This document shows positions 18,705 to 28,277 of a stretch of 64,000 bases of DNA, one piece after another. This stretch comes from a virus. How positions within the stretch are numbered: the stretch's first letter is position 1; each line of letters starts with the position of its first letter. Location: positions 66,482 to 130,481 of IMG/VR virus record IMGVR_UViG_3300027769_001114; one strand, given 5' to 3'. A model generated the notes under the pieces. The model made no database searches and was not told where the DNA came from. It saw nothing but the letters and a program-made list of their open reading frames with translations. The position numbers and the translations under genes were made by a program.

Positions 18705-19873
18705 GTCTCGGAGATCACCTGGGTGGGATAGTCGCCGAAGAGGCGTCCAAGATCACCAACAAACAACGCAAGGACGCACTCGGCAAGATCGCCCAAATGC
18801 TCGAGAGGCAGGGCATTGACCCCGCCGAAATCGGACAAGTCAAACGCGTCTCCCTTTATCAGACGATCACTAAGGGCGAGGACGGCGAAGCCGAAGTCCA
18901 CGACCTGACCGCAATCCAGTTCTCGCCCGCATGGCAGGACGGCCCGCAATGGCCAGTGATAGCACAAGGGCCGAACATCAAACTGCCCCCCACGAAACCC
19001 TCCAAGACCGAGGCTAGGGACTACAAGAGGGCAGTCATCCTCCCCGATATTCAAGCCGGCTACTACAGGCTTGCCGACGACTCACTTGTTTCCATCCACG
19101 ATGAGAGGGCGATTGCCGCCGCACTACAGGTGGTCAAGGCGGCCAAGCCCGACAAGATCATCATGAACGGTGACAACCTCGACCTTGCTGAGATGGGCAA
19201 GTACATCGTCACTCCGGCCTACCAACGGACAACTCAGGCAACCATTGACTGGATGACCACGTTCTGCGCCACCCTGAGGCATCTCGCCCCGGAAGCCGAG
19301 ATCGTATGGATCGCTGGCAACCACGAGGAACGCCTCCCAAAGTACATTGTCCAGAACGCAACCGCTTCGTTCGGTCTCAGGCAGGGGAACGCCCCAGACT
19401 CCTGGCCTGTTATGTCCGTACCACACTTGTGTCGTCTCAACGAGTGGGGAGTCACCTACCTGCCGGGATACCCAACCGGATCGCATTGGATCAACAACCG
19501 TTTCCGTGTTATCCACGGGCACAAGGTTGCCTCAGGTGGCTCAACCGCCCACAAGTACCTGGCCACCGAGAAGACCTCGGTCATCTACGGACATATCCAC
19601 AGGATTGAACTCGCCCACAGGACGAGGGACGACTGGGACGGGCCGAAGACAATCCTCGCCGCATCTGCCGGTTGTCTCGCCAAGGTGTCGGGAGAAGTCC
19701 CATCCACCAAGGGCGGAACAGACCTAGACGGCCGACCACTCCCACAGACCGAGGACTGGCAACAGGGTATGGCAGTCGTCGACTATGAAGAGGGCGAAGG
19801 CGACTTCCACCTAGAGATCGTGCCAATCATGAACGGTGTCGCACGGTGGCATGGGAAGAACTACGGAGGCTGA
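18701..19873 (+). CDS. calcineurin-like metallophosphoesterase
   Basis: PDIQ, GDNLD, GNHE, HG, GHIHR. Confidence 0.88.
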   Translation: MSLGDHLGGIVAEEASKITNKQRKDALGKIAQMLERQGIDPAEIGQVKRVSLYQTITKGEDGEAEVHDLTAIQFSPAWQDGPQWPVIAQGPNIKLPPTKPSKTEARDYKRAVILPDIQAGYYRLADDSLVSIHDERAIAAALQVVKAAKPDKIIMNGDNLDLAEMGKYIVTPAYQRTTQATIDWMTTFCATLRHLAPEAEIVWIAGNHEERLPKYIVQNATASFGLRQGNAPDSWPVMSVPHLCRLNEWGVTYLPGYPTGSHWINNRFRVIHGHKVASGGSTAHKYLATEKTSVIYGHIHRIELAHRTRDDWDGPKTILAASAGCLAKVSGEVPSTKGGTDLDGRPLPQTEDWQQGMAVVDYEEGEGDFHLEIVPIMNGVARWHGKNYGG

Positions 19874-20099
19874 CTTGTCGGATCTCCCTGTTGCTGTACA
19901 GGTCATACCGTTCGTCCTTTCCCTCGCCGCATTGGTAGAGGCAAGGCGGGCCGTGAACCTGTCCCGACGGGCCGAGCCTGAACCTCCTGTGGTTACCGAC
20001 AAGGTTGATCAGTTGATAGGGGAGATCATGGACTGGGAGACCATGCGCCGTGTTGAAGAGTGGACCGACAGTCTTGATTGGGAGGACGACGAGGAATGA
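19836..20099 (+). CDS. small membrane-anchored hypothetical protein (start uncertain)
   Basis: One hydrophobic segment; stop overlaps next ATG. Confidence 0.5.
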   Translation: MSHGGMGRTTEADLSDLPVAVQVIPFVLSLAALVEARRAVNLSRRAEPEPPVVTDKVDQLIGEIMDWETMRRVEEWTDSLDWEDDEE

Positions 20100-20722
20100 C
20101 AACCATCATCGGAATCCAAGGGGACGGATGGGCGTTCATCGCCGCCGACTCTCGAGTCTCCTCCTGGGACGGGTCGGTCGCCTATCAGAACGCCACCATG
20201 ACACCGATGGCCGGCAAGGTTGCTCAGAACGGTAAGTGGTTACTCGCCGCGGCAGGAGACATCCGTGCGATCAACCTCCTCCACCACGCCTTCGTACCAC
20301 CCGCACCGCATCCAAACCTCAAGGGGAGGAAGCTTGACCACTTCGTCACCACGAAGTTCGTACCTGCCCTACGGGAGTGCTTCGAGGACAACGGCTACGC
20401 AATGCCCGATAATGCGGCAAGGGAACACGCCGCCCAGCACTCCTCCACGATCCTCGCTGTCGTCAATGCCACGATCTACGTAATGGACGGAGACTACTCA
20501 TGGACAACAGACTCAACGGGTCTGTATGCCATCGGGTCGGGAGGACAGTACGCCCTCGGTGCGATCCACGCCTTGAGGGGAAGCAAGGGGATTGACACCC
20601 CACAGCAGGCGAGAACAATCGCTACTAAGGCGATGTCAGTCTCGTCTCGGCTTGATCCATACACCGGACCACCCGTCACCACACACCTTCAGACGACCGA
20701 TACGAAGAACGACAAGACATGA
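20096..20722 (+). CDS. HslV/proteasome beta-subunit-like Ntn peptidase
   Basis: N-terminal MTTII, AADSRVS, GKV, AIGSGG.YALGA, DPYTG. Confidence 0.82.
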   Translation: MTTIIGIQGDGWAFIAADSRVSSWDGSVAYQNATMTPMAGKVAQNGKWLLAAAGDIRAINLLHHAFVPPAPHPNLKGRKLDHFVTTKFVPALRECFEDNGYAMPDNAAREHAAQHSSTILAVVNATIYVMDGDYSWTTDSTGLYAIGSGGQYALGAIHALRGSKGIDTPQQARTIATKAMSVSSRLDPYTGPPVTTHLQTTDTKNDKT

Positions 20723-21057
20723 CACGTCGAGATGATAGGCAAGCATGGACCAGTAGAGCAGCCTGTAAGGGGCAAACTGCGACAATGTTCCCAGCACACC
20801 ATAAAGACACGCAATACATCGTTGCAGCCCGCAAGGTGTGCGATGAGTGCCCCGTCAGACGGGAGTGCCTGGACTACGCCCTCGAGTACCCGCCAGCAGA
20901 TATGCACGGCGTGTGGGCAGGGCTAACGCCGAGGCAACTGGCCGCCGAGCAGAGGCGAAGAGGCATCCGTCCCGTGCGACCGACCATCAGCCAACTGTGG
21001 GCGGAGCTTGCCGGACGGGGGCGGGACCGTCAGGAACGGCAGACCCCGGGCGAGTGA
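20719..21057 (+). CDS. whiB: WhiB family transcription factor
   Basis: AAC...C..CPVRRECL.YAL...GVWAG. Confidence 0.92.
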   Translation: MTRRDDRQAWTSRAACKGQTATMFPAHHKDTQYIVAARKVCDECPVRRECLDYALEYPPADMHGVWAGLTPRQLAAEQRRRGIRPVRPTISQLWAELAGRGRDRQERQTPGE

Positions 21058-21436
21058 CACGGACTCCACACTCGGAGCAGTAGTGGAGACCGGCAGCCTC
21101 GTCCGTCCGTTCGGAGGCGGGGCATGGCCAGGCCTTGCCACACGGAGCGACAAGCGGTGATCCCGTGATCCATGAGGAGAGTGTCTCGACGAGTGTCGGT
21201 GTGTCGTGTGGCGTGTGCTGTGATGTGTCGTGTGGCGTGTCGTGAAGAGTGGTGTCGTGTGTCGTTTCGTGCGATGTGATGCGTGAGGCTTCTATGAGCA
21301 CCGAGGCGGCCCAGGCGTTCACCGTCATGCCGGCGGATGTAGCCGCATCAAGGCAAGCGTTCTTGACCCATCCGGGAACACGGACATAGACGACGGCGTT
21401 GGCGTCAGGCTTGTGACGTAGAGGCTTCTGAGGCAT
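20987..21436 (-). CDS. ribbon-helix-helix protein with HDT repeats and C-terminal Cys cluster
   Basis: VYVRVP..VK.....A...GMTVN.W; PCG..WPC...YCSECG. Confidence 0.6.
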   Translation of the reverse strand: MPQKPLRHKPDANAVVYVRVPGWVKNACLDAATSAGMTVNAWAASVLIEASRITSHETTHDTTLHDTPHDTSQHTPHDTPTLVETLSSWITGSPLVAPCGKAWPCPASERTDEAAGLHYCSECGVRVTRPGSAVPDGPAPVRQAPPTVG

Positions 21437-21599
21437 CCCTGTCCACCAAGGACTGCAAGTACTCCGACATCGTCAGGCCGTAGAGGTCTGCCATCTCGGC
21501 CGCTAGGTTCTTCGTACGGGCCGGCACGCGCACCGTGATCTTCGCTGTCGTCCCGTCGAGCGCGATGACAGGCGGGCGACCCTGCCTACCGTTAGCCAT
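21405..21599 (-). CDS. ribbon-helix-helix protein
   Basis: GRPP...ITVRVP...K......A..YGLTMSEYL..LV. Confidence 0.7.
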   Translation of the reverse strand: MANGRQGRPPVIALDGTTAKITVRVPARTKNLAAEMADLYGLTMSEYLQSLVDRDASEASTSQA

Positions 21600-21663
21600 T
21601 AGTGGAACGGTCTCACGAGGACGAAGACCATCATGGCGGCAAGGACGAGGAGTAGCCCCGGCC

Positions 21664-21999
21664 TCATGATGACAACCTCGCCCCGCAGTCGTTGCAGAAC
21701 TGCGCCCAGGGATACACCCTGCGTGACTTGTGTGGACAGTCGAGGATCGGCACGGCCTTCTCGTCAGTAGCGACCCGGATGAACTCTGACATCGAGACAC
21801 CAGACTTCTCGGCCGCATCCTTCCAGCGGTCACGTGTAGCGGCCGGAACCCGGACGATTACCTGGACCGTTCCCTCACCGGGGGCCGCCCCGGTTGGCGA
21901 GGAGATGCCGGTGCCGGTGTCCTCCAGGGCCTCGGCCATCGCAGCTTCGACCTCAGGTCTCACGTCCGCTTGATTCTTCTCGTTCTGGTTCCTGATCAT
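21664..21999 (-). CDS. ribbon-helix-helix protein with Zn ribbon
   Basis: VIVRVP...RDRWK.AAEK.GVSMSEFIR; CPH...CNDCG; AAGGAG RBS. Confidence 0.7.
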   Translation of the reverse strand: MIRNQNEKNQADVRPEVEAAMAEALEDTGTGISSPTGAAPGEGTVQVIVRVPAATRDRWKDAAEKSGVSMSEFIRVATDEKAVPILDCPHKSRRVYPWAQFCNDCGARLSS

Positions 22000-22597
22000 C
22001 CCGTGACTCTCCTTCTGATATTTCCGCCGTTGTGCCGGCGGGTAGTGATAGCAGTTGATCCATCGTACCTTGCGGCAGTACACCTGACCTCATCATGATG
22101 TCGAGGAGTTGACGGGCCTCCGTCTCCGGGTCGAAGGCGTCAGCGGCCGAAGCGGTTTGTGCGCCGGCGAGGACGGCCCGCTGTGGCGATGCCGTGTTGT
22201 CGACCGTTAAAGCGACGTTGACCTGCTCCATGCCGAGCAGGCGTGACCTGCGGTCCATGATGGCCAGGACTTGCTGCACCGCTTTCATATCCGGTTCGAC
22301 GACGTGCTCCGTACCGTCCGGGGCAGCGACCTTGCGGTGCTGAGTCAGCGGCCAGAGGGCCTGCTGCAGGACGTCGAGCCGTTCGAGCTCCATGCGCAGC
22401 ACTTCCGGGTAAGCCAGTAAAGCTTCCCGGTTGAGCTTCTGCAGGTTCCGCTGCACAGCGTTGTTCACGGCCCCGACCGAGATGCCGAACTTCTTCGATA
22501 TCTCGTGAGTCGTGACCCCTGCTCGCCGCATGGCAAATATCCTCGAGTCGCGTTCGGCCAGGAACTCCCTGGTCAAACCCCTGTCGCTCTCTGCCAC
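21953..22597 (-). CDS. HTH protein, terminase small subunit-like
   Basis: RRAG.T..EI.KKFGIS; ELERLD.L...LW...D.KAV..VL.IMDRRSRLLG pattern of actinophage TerS-like proteins. Confidence 0.6.
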   Translation of the reverse strand: MAESDRGLTREFLAERDSRIFAMRRAGVTTHEISKKFGISVGAVNNAVQRNLQKLNREALLAYPEVLRMELERLDVLQQALWPLTQHRKVAAPDGTEHVVEPDMKAVQQVLAIMDRRSRLLGMEQVNVALTVDNTASPQRAVLAGAQTASAADAFDPETEARQLLDIMMRSGVLPQGTMDQLLSLPAGTTAEISEGESRDDQEPEREESSGRET

Positions 22598-22611
22598 CCG
22601 TGTGCCTCCGT

Positions 22612-24423
22612 CTAGTTGACCTGCTCAAATGGTAGCACCGTGCCGCGTCGTAGCCTCTCCGGCCACTCGCGCATATCTCGCGGACCGCGCCACTGCTTGA
22701 CCTGATACTCCAGGGTCGCTGCCGAGGCATCCGGAGCGAGGGCATACCCGAACTCGGGCCACCGCATCCATACCGATGATCCCATCGGCCTGAGATCGCG
22801 TCCCGAGAGGGCGTTGCCAAGCGGAGCGTGGTGCTCGAGCCAAAGCGCAACACCGAAGTTCGCTCGGAGATGGTCGAGGTACGTCGCCACTTCGATGGCA
22901 ACCGCCTCAGCTGACCGGCCGCCTGGGTCAACGAACGCCTTGTAGAGAGGCCCGAGGACAAGCAACTGCGGCCGTGACTCCTCAATGACGTTCTCTAACC
23001 GAGATCTGTCAGCTGGGTTGAGGACGTTGATGCCGTCCGGCTTGATCCACAAGTGGGCCGATGCCGTTTCACGCTCGGGCCAGTTCTGCTTGACAGCGTC
23101 GACAATCCGCCGCGCGGTACGTCTGATGATCCGTTCCGGGTTTTCAAGGTCGACCAGGAGTGTGCGAACCGGTGGGATGCGTGAATATGTGAACGGATGC
23201 ACGCCGGCGGCGCAGCAGATGGCCACCTGACGGGCCAGCATCGTCTTACCGACACCTTCGGCCGCCACAATCATGACTCGTTCCTGTTCTTCGAGGACAC
23301 CCGGGATCAACCAGCGGTATTCCTCATCGGATTCCGAGACCAACTCGGCCCAAGTGGTAAGCCTGCCGGGGTTCTTCTTGTCCGTGAGGGCCGCCAGGCC
23401 GTCCAGGAGCCTCCGGGCTTTGGACAGGCGAGTGTCGAGAAGCTCACGCTCATCTGAGAGCACCGAAGCGACCTGGCGAGCCACAGCATCACCCGGTGTC
23501 ATCACTTCTTCCGTGACTGTCGGTTCAGCTAGGTCAAGTTCGCCGGCCGAGACCGTTGATCCGTCCAGTTCGACGACGTCTTCGATCGACCCGCCGGCCG
23601 AAATCATGTCAGCGACGTCTTTATGCGGTGGCGGCACCGTACGAAGCCGCACCTTGCAGCCCGCTTCTTCCAGCTGACCGGCAACATACGCAGCGTGGAG
23701 CATCCCGGGATCATCCCGGTCGGCGATGACCCAGATCTTTGAGCCGGCGAGCCACCGGGTGTGCTCGGGCCTCCACTTGTTGCCCATTCCATTATCGGCA
23801 CCCATCGGGTTGCACGTCGCCGCGTGACCCAGATCGGCAAGTGCGTCGGCATCCTTCTCGCCCTCGACAACCCAGATCGGTTCTCCGGCCGAGACGGCCG
23901 CCATCACTTCGGGTAACCGATAGAGGGGCCGTTCTTCAAGATGCGATGTCGACCATGTCCAGCCGCCGTTACCGTCGGGACACCGTTGCCGGAATGTCTT
24001 CCCGCCCTCTTCCGTCCGGTATCGGAGCACCTCCATGACGAGCGTGCCGTCGGGGTCGGTGTACGGATACGTCATGACTAGCTCGCCTGGGCCTGACTTC
24101 TTCTTTGGCTGCGTCAATGCGTGACCCTTCGTTTTGTCGTCGGTGTTCTTCTTTGGGCGCGGGATCGGCGTTCCCCGGTCAGCGTCGTCCGGCCATAGCT
24201 CGGTCGCTTCGATGCCTACCGCTTTACAAATCTCGTCGAGGTCGCACGGTGTGCCGCGATGGCACGTAACAAGGACCTGACCTTGCGAACCGACACCGAC
24301 CGAGAGCGATGGGTTCTTATCATCGGCCCGGCATGGGCACTTAGCAGCCCATTCGTTCTTTGCGCCGGCCTTATGAACGCCGGATAACCGTGCGAGGAAA
24401 TCTGATACTGGGTCAAGGCTCAC
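22612..24423 (-). CDS. DNA primase-helicase (Zn finger, TOPRIM, RecA-family AAA)
   Basis: CPC..D..PSL...CH; VVEGEKDADAL; DRD; AAEGVGKT. Confidence 0.9.
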   Translation of the reverse strand: MSLDPVSDFLARLSGVHKAGAKNEWAAKCPCRADDKNPSLSVGVGSQGQVLVTCHRGTPCDLDEICKAVGIEATELWPDDADRGTPIPRPKKNTDDKTKGHALTQPKKKSGPGELVMTYPYTDPDGTLVMEVLRYRTEEGGKTFRQRCPDGNGGWTWSTSHLEERPLYRLPEVMAAVSAGEPIWVVEGEKDADALADLGHAATCNPMGADNGMGNKWRPEHTRWLAGSKIWVIADRDDPGMLHAAYVAGQLEEAGCKVRLRTVPPPHKDVADMISAGGSIEDVVELDGSTVSAGELDLAEPTVTEEVMTPGDAVARQVASVLSDERELLDTRLSKARRLLDGLAALTDKKNPGRLTTWAELVSESDEEYRWLIPGVLEEQERVMIVAAEGVGKTMLARQVAICCAAGVHPFTYSRIPPVRTLLVDLENPERIIRRTARRIVDAVKQNWPERETASAHLWIKPDGINVLNPADRSRLENVIEESRPQLLVLGPLYKAFVDPGGRSAEAVAIEVATYLDHLRANFGVALWLEHHAPLGNALSGRDLRPMGSSVWMRWPEFGYALAPDASAATLEYQVKQWRGPRDMREWPERLRRGTVLPFEQVN

Positions 24424-24890
24424 TTAGGCACTTCTCCAAATGGTTCGGGGTCGACGACTTCAAGGATTATCTCGTCGCGTTCAATACACAGTTCCTCAAA
24501 GGCGGCCTTGAACGACTTCTCGTCCGGGCGTGACCTTCCGTCCATGCCGGCTCGGCGCATCGCTGACGCAGCTTCAACAGACAGCTCATTCCATTCCGTC
24601 CCGGTCTCGACGGCCCGCAAGCGTTCCTGGACCGATGCCCAGGCTTCGGCCGGCGTCTCAAACTTCTCGCCTTTAAGAACAACAGCCCGGCGAAGTTCAC
24701 CGACCCGTGGTGGCCAGCCGCCCCGGACGACGTGGGAGTCAAGCTCCTTGACGACATCGGCATAATCGAGATCCTGGAGGTAACGCCACCAGGTCCGCAT
24801 CGCGGCGGCCTCCTGACGATCCGAAGAGTCACGGGCTGGCCAAGCGGCGCGGTAGATGTCAACAAGCCTGACTAGCTCGGTGCGATTCAC
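24420..24890 (-). CDS. replication accessory protein (helicase loader/inhibitor-like)
   Basis: W...L.DLDY..V......WPP.VGELR...TP.EAW; upstream of primase-helicase. Confidence 0.55.
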   Translation of the reverse strand: MNRTELVRLVDIYRAAWPARDSSDRQEAAAMRTWWRYLQDLDYADVVKELDSHVVRGGWPPRVGELRRAVVLKGEKFETPAEAWASVQERLRAVETGTEWNELSVEAASAMRRAGMDGRSRPDEKSFKAAFEELCIERDEIILEVVDPEPFGEVPK

Positions 24891-25285
24891 CAGGCATCGC
24901 CTTCGCGGGCCGCACTCGTTGCTTGACCGTCGGATTCAAGATGCTCGTGCCACGCGGTGGCGAACTGTTCAATGTGCCGGCTATCCCGAAGGATCAGCTC
25001 GATGTCCGTGTAGACCTTGCCCCGTGGGTTCTTCCCTAGGTGGAACTCGGAGACTGAGCAACCGCGCACGGCGTCCTTACACGTCTCGGCACCGTAGTCC
25101 CGGACGGCACGCTTGATGAGCGTGGTGCGTTTGGCATCAAGCCTTGGCTTCACGTGCGAACCAGGCCGTAGGAGTTCTATCCAAAGGTCGAAGACTTCGT
25201 TGATCTCCGGGGTCGTGGGGTTAGTGGGTGTTTCATTTTCAGACATAGGTATCCCTTCCGTCGCGGCGAGGGCCAACGGCAGCAT
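24887..25285 (-). CDS. replication-initiator C-terminal-like protein
   Basis: EVF..W....R...I......G...CK.AV.G....FH.G.N..GK.Y...ELILR. Confidence 0.55.
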   Translation of the reverse strand: MLPLALAATEGIPMSENETPTNPTTPEINEVFDLWIELLRPGSHVKPRLDAKRTTLIKRAVRDYGAETCKDAVRGCSVSEFHLGKNPRGKVYTDIELILRDSRHIEQFATAWHEHLESDGQATSAAREGDAW

Positions 25286-25292
25286 AGTTCTT

Positions 25293-25387
25293 CTCCGTAG
25301 GAGTTAGATATTTTGTAGAGATCTCTAAACTCTGTAGGAGTAAGAGATTTTGTACTTGGTAGAAGGTCTTACACCCCCCCTCCCCCC
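25293..25387. repeat. candidate replication origin: two 25-bp direct repeats, 12-bp palindrome, C-run
   Basis: CTCCGTAGGAGTTAGATATTTTGTA (25293) and CTCTGTAGGAGTAAGAGATTTTGTA (25330), 22/25 identical; TAGAGATCTCTA at 25316-25327; AT-rich. Confidence 0.55.
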
Positions 25388-25537
25388 ATCGTTTCCGGGT
25401 GAGTTTCGGGTATTGGTGCGACTTGAAGCAGGCCCCTGTCTTCGTTGACGGTGCTTAGCCTCGGCATTTCGGCGCGCCTAGGTTGGTACGGGAGAGTGTC
25501 TAGCGCCCCTCCCGTACCCGCGGCAACCCGCCCGTCG

Positions 25538-25987
25538 TTATTTCTTCGAGAAACGGAGACGAGTGTCGGGCCGGCGCAACTGTACGACCTTGTCGCCACG
25601 TTGTTTGCGGAGCAGATGTACGCGCAAGTTGATTGAACCGTCGGTTCGCTTGAGCTCCTTGGCGATCTTCGTCGCGGTATGCCCCTGCGACCACATCTTC
25701 ACGATGCTGTCGTCCTCTGCCTTGGTCCAGGACTGACCGTTGTTGACTCGGCGCACGATCTTCTTCGCCGGCTTGGTGGCCTTTGGTGCGACCTTCGGTG
25801 TGGTCTTGCCTCCGAAGAGCGAGGCGATCTCGGCATCAGTGAAACCGGCCTGAGTCAAGACGACTTCAGCGATCCACGAAAGCGTGAGTCCCTTGTCTTG
25901 CCAGATCGGGCCGAGTGAGTTGTCGCGGATCACTTCGAGGAGTGCTCGTGTATTTGTGCCCTTCCGGGCTTGGCTTGGTTGTTTCAT
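25538..25987 (-). CDS. HTH/Myb-like DNA-binding protein
   Basis: WT.AED..I..MW..G.T...IAKELKRT.GSI..R; conserved RBS element upstream. Confidence 0.7.
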   Translation of the reverse strand: MKQPSQARKGTNTRALLEVIRDNSLGPIWQDKGLTLSWIAEVVLTQAGFTDAEIASLFGGKTTPKVAPKATKPAKKIVRRVNNGQSWTKAEDDSIVKMWSQGHTATKIAKELKRTDGSINLRVHLLRKQRGDKVVQLRRPDTRLRFSKK

Positions 25988-26039
25988 AGCTGACCTCCTT
26001 GGTCATTATGTGTGTCGTGTCGTGTGACGCGATGTGTTG

Positions 26040-26069
26040 AGTGTAATGCGTGATCCATGTGCTTGTCAA
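26040..26069 (-). promoter_or_regulatory. sigma70-type promoter
   Basis: TTGACA-18-TACACT upstream of 25987. Confidence 0.6.
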
Positions 26070-26248
26070 GCGTTTGGCATGAACCACATTTCTTCTGCCG
26101 GCGTGTCCGGCGAGATGAGGTGGGTGATCCTTCGCTGAACGCGAGGGTGGGCATCTAGCCACGCCCAGGTTTCCTCCAGCGTTGCGAACGGCCCGAAGTA
26201 GACGACGTCCGTCATTCGGCCATGGATGACCATGTACGCACCGATCAA
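26066..26248 (-). CDS. small hypothetical protein
   Basis: YFGPFATLEE..AW; coupled. Confidence 0.55.
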   Translation of the reverse strand: MIGAYMVIHGRMTDVVYFGPFATLEETWAWLDAHPRVQRRITHLISPDTPAEEMWFMPNA

Positions 26249-26520
26249 GGCAATGCCTCAGCGAGCGCATCGGCCGCCCTGAGGGCGAACGATGACAGAT
26301 ATTTGTACGGTGCGGTACGCAACCACGAGAGGCACTCCTCAGCAGATGTGAAGACCTCGGTCTTCGAGTCCACCATGCTCCATTGGTAGAACCACTCGTA
26401 CGAGATGACCCAACGGTCCGACGATGTCGTGTGCATGTCGGCACGGAAACGTCCCTCGCCCGAATGTTCTTCGGTAAGGAATCGCACATTCTTGACAATC
26501 GAGACTTCAAGGGTGCTCAT
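26245..26520 (-). CDS. hypothetical protein
   Basis: ATGA-coupled to upstream gene. Confidence 0.55.
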   Translation of the reverse strand: MSTLEVSIVKNVRFLTEEHSGEGRFRADMHTTSSDRWVISYEWFYQWSMVDSKTEVFTSAEECLSWLRTAPYKYLSSFALRAADALAEALP

Positions 26521-27080
26521 GCTGCCACCCAGCTTTGATCCCATACGGGCATCGGTGCGTAGCCGTTCTCGGTGACGGCGATGACGACGCGATCGCAGAG
26601 TTTCATGTCGGCCCGACGCACGACGTTGATCGCCTGCGTGCTCCGAATGGACTTGAGAACAGCCTCCATGATTTCAGAGTCGCTCATGTTCTCCATGGCG
26701 CGCCCGTAGTCAACGCATGTGTAGATCGCACCACCGACACCGATGTTCTGTTGCCAGATGTTGTATGAGGTACCGGGGAATCGTTGGACATCCCAGTTCA
26801 CATAGTCAACCCACTCAGAGTTGTTGATGTAGGTGCAGATGTTCTCGTCTGCGGCGAACTCCCAATCGCCGTGGCAGGTCGAGCAGACCTCGCGCACGTC
26901 CTGGTTGTACTTGGTTCCGAAACCGTGGCAAGGACGGCAAGTCCTGCGACCGCCTCGTGGGCCATTCCCGGTACCGAGGCACTTGGGGCAGTCCACCTTG
27001 GTGGGGACACTACCTTCGCGGCAGTTTCGGCAACTTGTCTTGCCTAGTGTGAGTGTTCTTGTTTCGTGGTTGATCTTCAT
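26517..27080 (-). CDS. DnaJ-type zinc-finger protein
   Basis: CRNC..G, CPKCLGTG, CRPCHGFG, CSTCHG. Confidence 0.7.
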   Translation of the reverse strand: MKINHETRTLTLGKTSCRNCREGSVPTKVDCPKCLGTGNGPRGGRRTCRPCHGFGTKYNQDVREVCSTCHGDWEFAADENICTYINNSEWVDYVNWDVQRFPGTSYNIWQQNIGVGGAIYTCVDYGRAMENMSDSEIMEAVLKSIRSTQAINVVRRADMKLCDRVVIAVTENGYAPMPVWDQSWVAA

Positions 27081-27108
27081 AGTCGGCCTCCTTGGGGCTT
27101 GTATTTCC

Positions 27109-27149
27109 TTGACAAAAATAACTGTACTACATGGGTGTGACGGAGTCAA
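27109..27149 (-). promoter_or_regulatory. class A promoter unit
   Basis: TTGACT-17-TACAGT-6-TGTCAA. Confidence 0.75.
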
Positions 27150-27166
27150 GTCTTACCTTGACCCCG

Positions 27167-27451
27167 TCATCCGTTTGTTGATTCCTCAATAGGGATCCAT
27201 GGGCTTGAGGTCAGTTCGTCCATGGCATCCCAAACGAAAGACCAAATACTTTCCATTGACAGGCCGTCGATTTCGCCGCCCTTACCGCAGTAACCATCCT
27301 CTGTGATGAGTCCTTCAGGTATGTCAACCGAGATTGAGCCGAGGTACTCGCCTCGTTCTCGCCAGCGGTCAATCTCAATCGTGAGTCCGTTTTCTTTGGC
27401 GAACTTCTCGCACCGTTGTTTGTTAGGTTTCTGCTTTAGGTTTGTTTCCAT
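27167..27451 (-). CDS. small cassette hypothetical protein
   Basis: Conserved RBS element and class B promoter upstream. Confidence 0.75.
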   Translation of the reverse strand: METNLKQKPNKQRCEKFAKENGLTIEIDRWRERGEYLGSISVDIPEGLITEDGYCGKGGEIDGLSMESIWSFVWDAMDELTSSPWIPIEESTNG

Positions 27452-27481
27452 GACGGCCTCCTTGGGGCTTGCTGTTATTTA

Positions 27482-27512
27482 TAGAACGATCAGGTGTGCG
27501 CAATGTGTGCGC
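27482..27512 (-). promoter_or_regulatory. class B promoter-like unit
   Basis: GCGCACAC-14-ATCGTTCTA. Confidence 0.7.
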
Positions 27513-27531
27513 GACTTCCCGGACTTATTTG

Positions 27532-27867
27532 TCAAGCTTCGCAGTCGTGGCCATAGAGCCACTCGGCATGGTCGTCGTCGTTACCGAGGTTGAACTCACG
27601 TTCACACTCGACGCACTTCTTGACCAGAACGCTCCCACGACCAGAACAGACATCGCACTCGGTCGCTTGGGCCGGCCCGTCATAGACTCCACCACGCCCA
27701 TCACAAGCACGACATGACTGCGTGTTGGTCTTCCGGATGTTCCATCCTTCGTGTGTGGTGGCATGGTGAGCACTGTGAGGCTGAAGGCGGTGGAGTGCCG
27801 CGAAAGCTTCCGAGTCAGTCTCGTGGGTGCTGACGGTCTTGCCGTCTCTGCTCACGACCCAACTCAT
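27532..27867 (-). CDS. zinc-finger hypothetical protein
   Basis: CRACDGRG, CDVCSGRG, CVEC...HDC. Confidence 0.65.
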   Translation of the reverse strand: MSWVVSRDGKTVSTHETDSEAFAALHRLQPHSAHHATTHEGWNIRKTNTQSCRACDGRGGVYDGPAQATECDVCSGRGSVLVKKCVECEREFNLGNDDDHAEWLYGHDCEA

Positions 27868-28253
27868 GCTGACACCTTGGCCTCTGCCGAGAAACAGATC
27901 TCGGCGAGTTGGAAGCAGTAGATGTTTGAGATCTCGTTCACCACGACGACCTGACCCTTGTCCTTGCCGTTGGTGACGAGGCGAAGGGTGCGGACACTGT
28001 AGGTGTCGTCAAAGTCAAGGATGACCTCGATGGCACGGGTGGGTGTAGTGAACATCATTAGACCGACGATGTAAGTACCGACGACGTCCGGATCCGGTTC
28101 GCCCATGATGGCGGACATTTGGCCACCACATAGAGCGAGGGTGTTCATCAGGCCGATCTGCTCGGCGATGACTCGTGCGGAACATTCGCGGCCCTTGCGG
28201 TCAAAGCCTCGAGCTAGAAGTATTTTTGCTTGGTTGTTGGTGAGTTTTCTCAT
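27864..28253 (-). CDS. cassette hypothetical protein
   Basis: Conserved RBS element; V.LD.DDTYSV. Confidence 0.75.
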   Translation of the reverse strand: MRKLTNNQAKILLARGFDRKGRECSARVIAEQIGLMNTLALCGGQMSAIMGEPDPDVVGTYIVGLMMFTTPTRAIEVILDFDDTYSVRTLRLVTNGKDKGQVVVVNEISNIYCFQLAEICFSAEAKVSA

Positions 28254-28277
28254 GGTTGCCTCCTTGGGGCTATTTCG

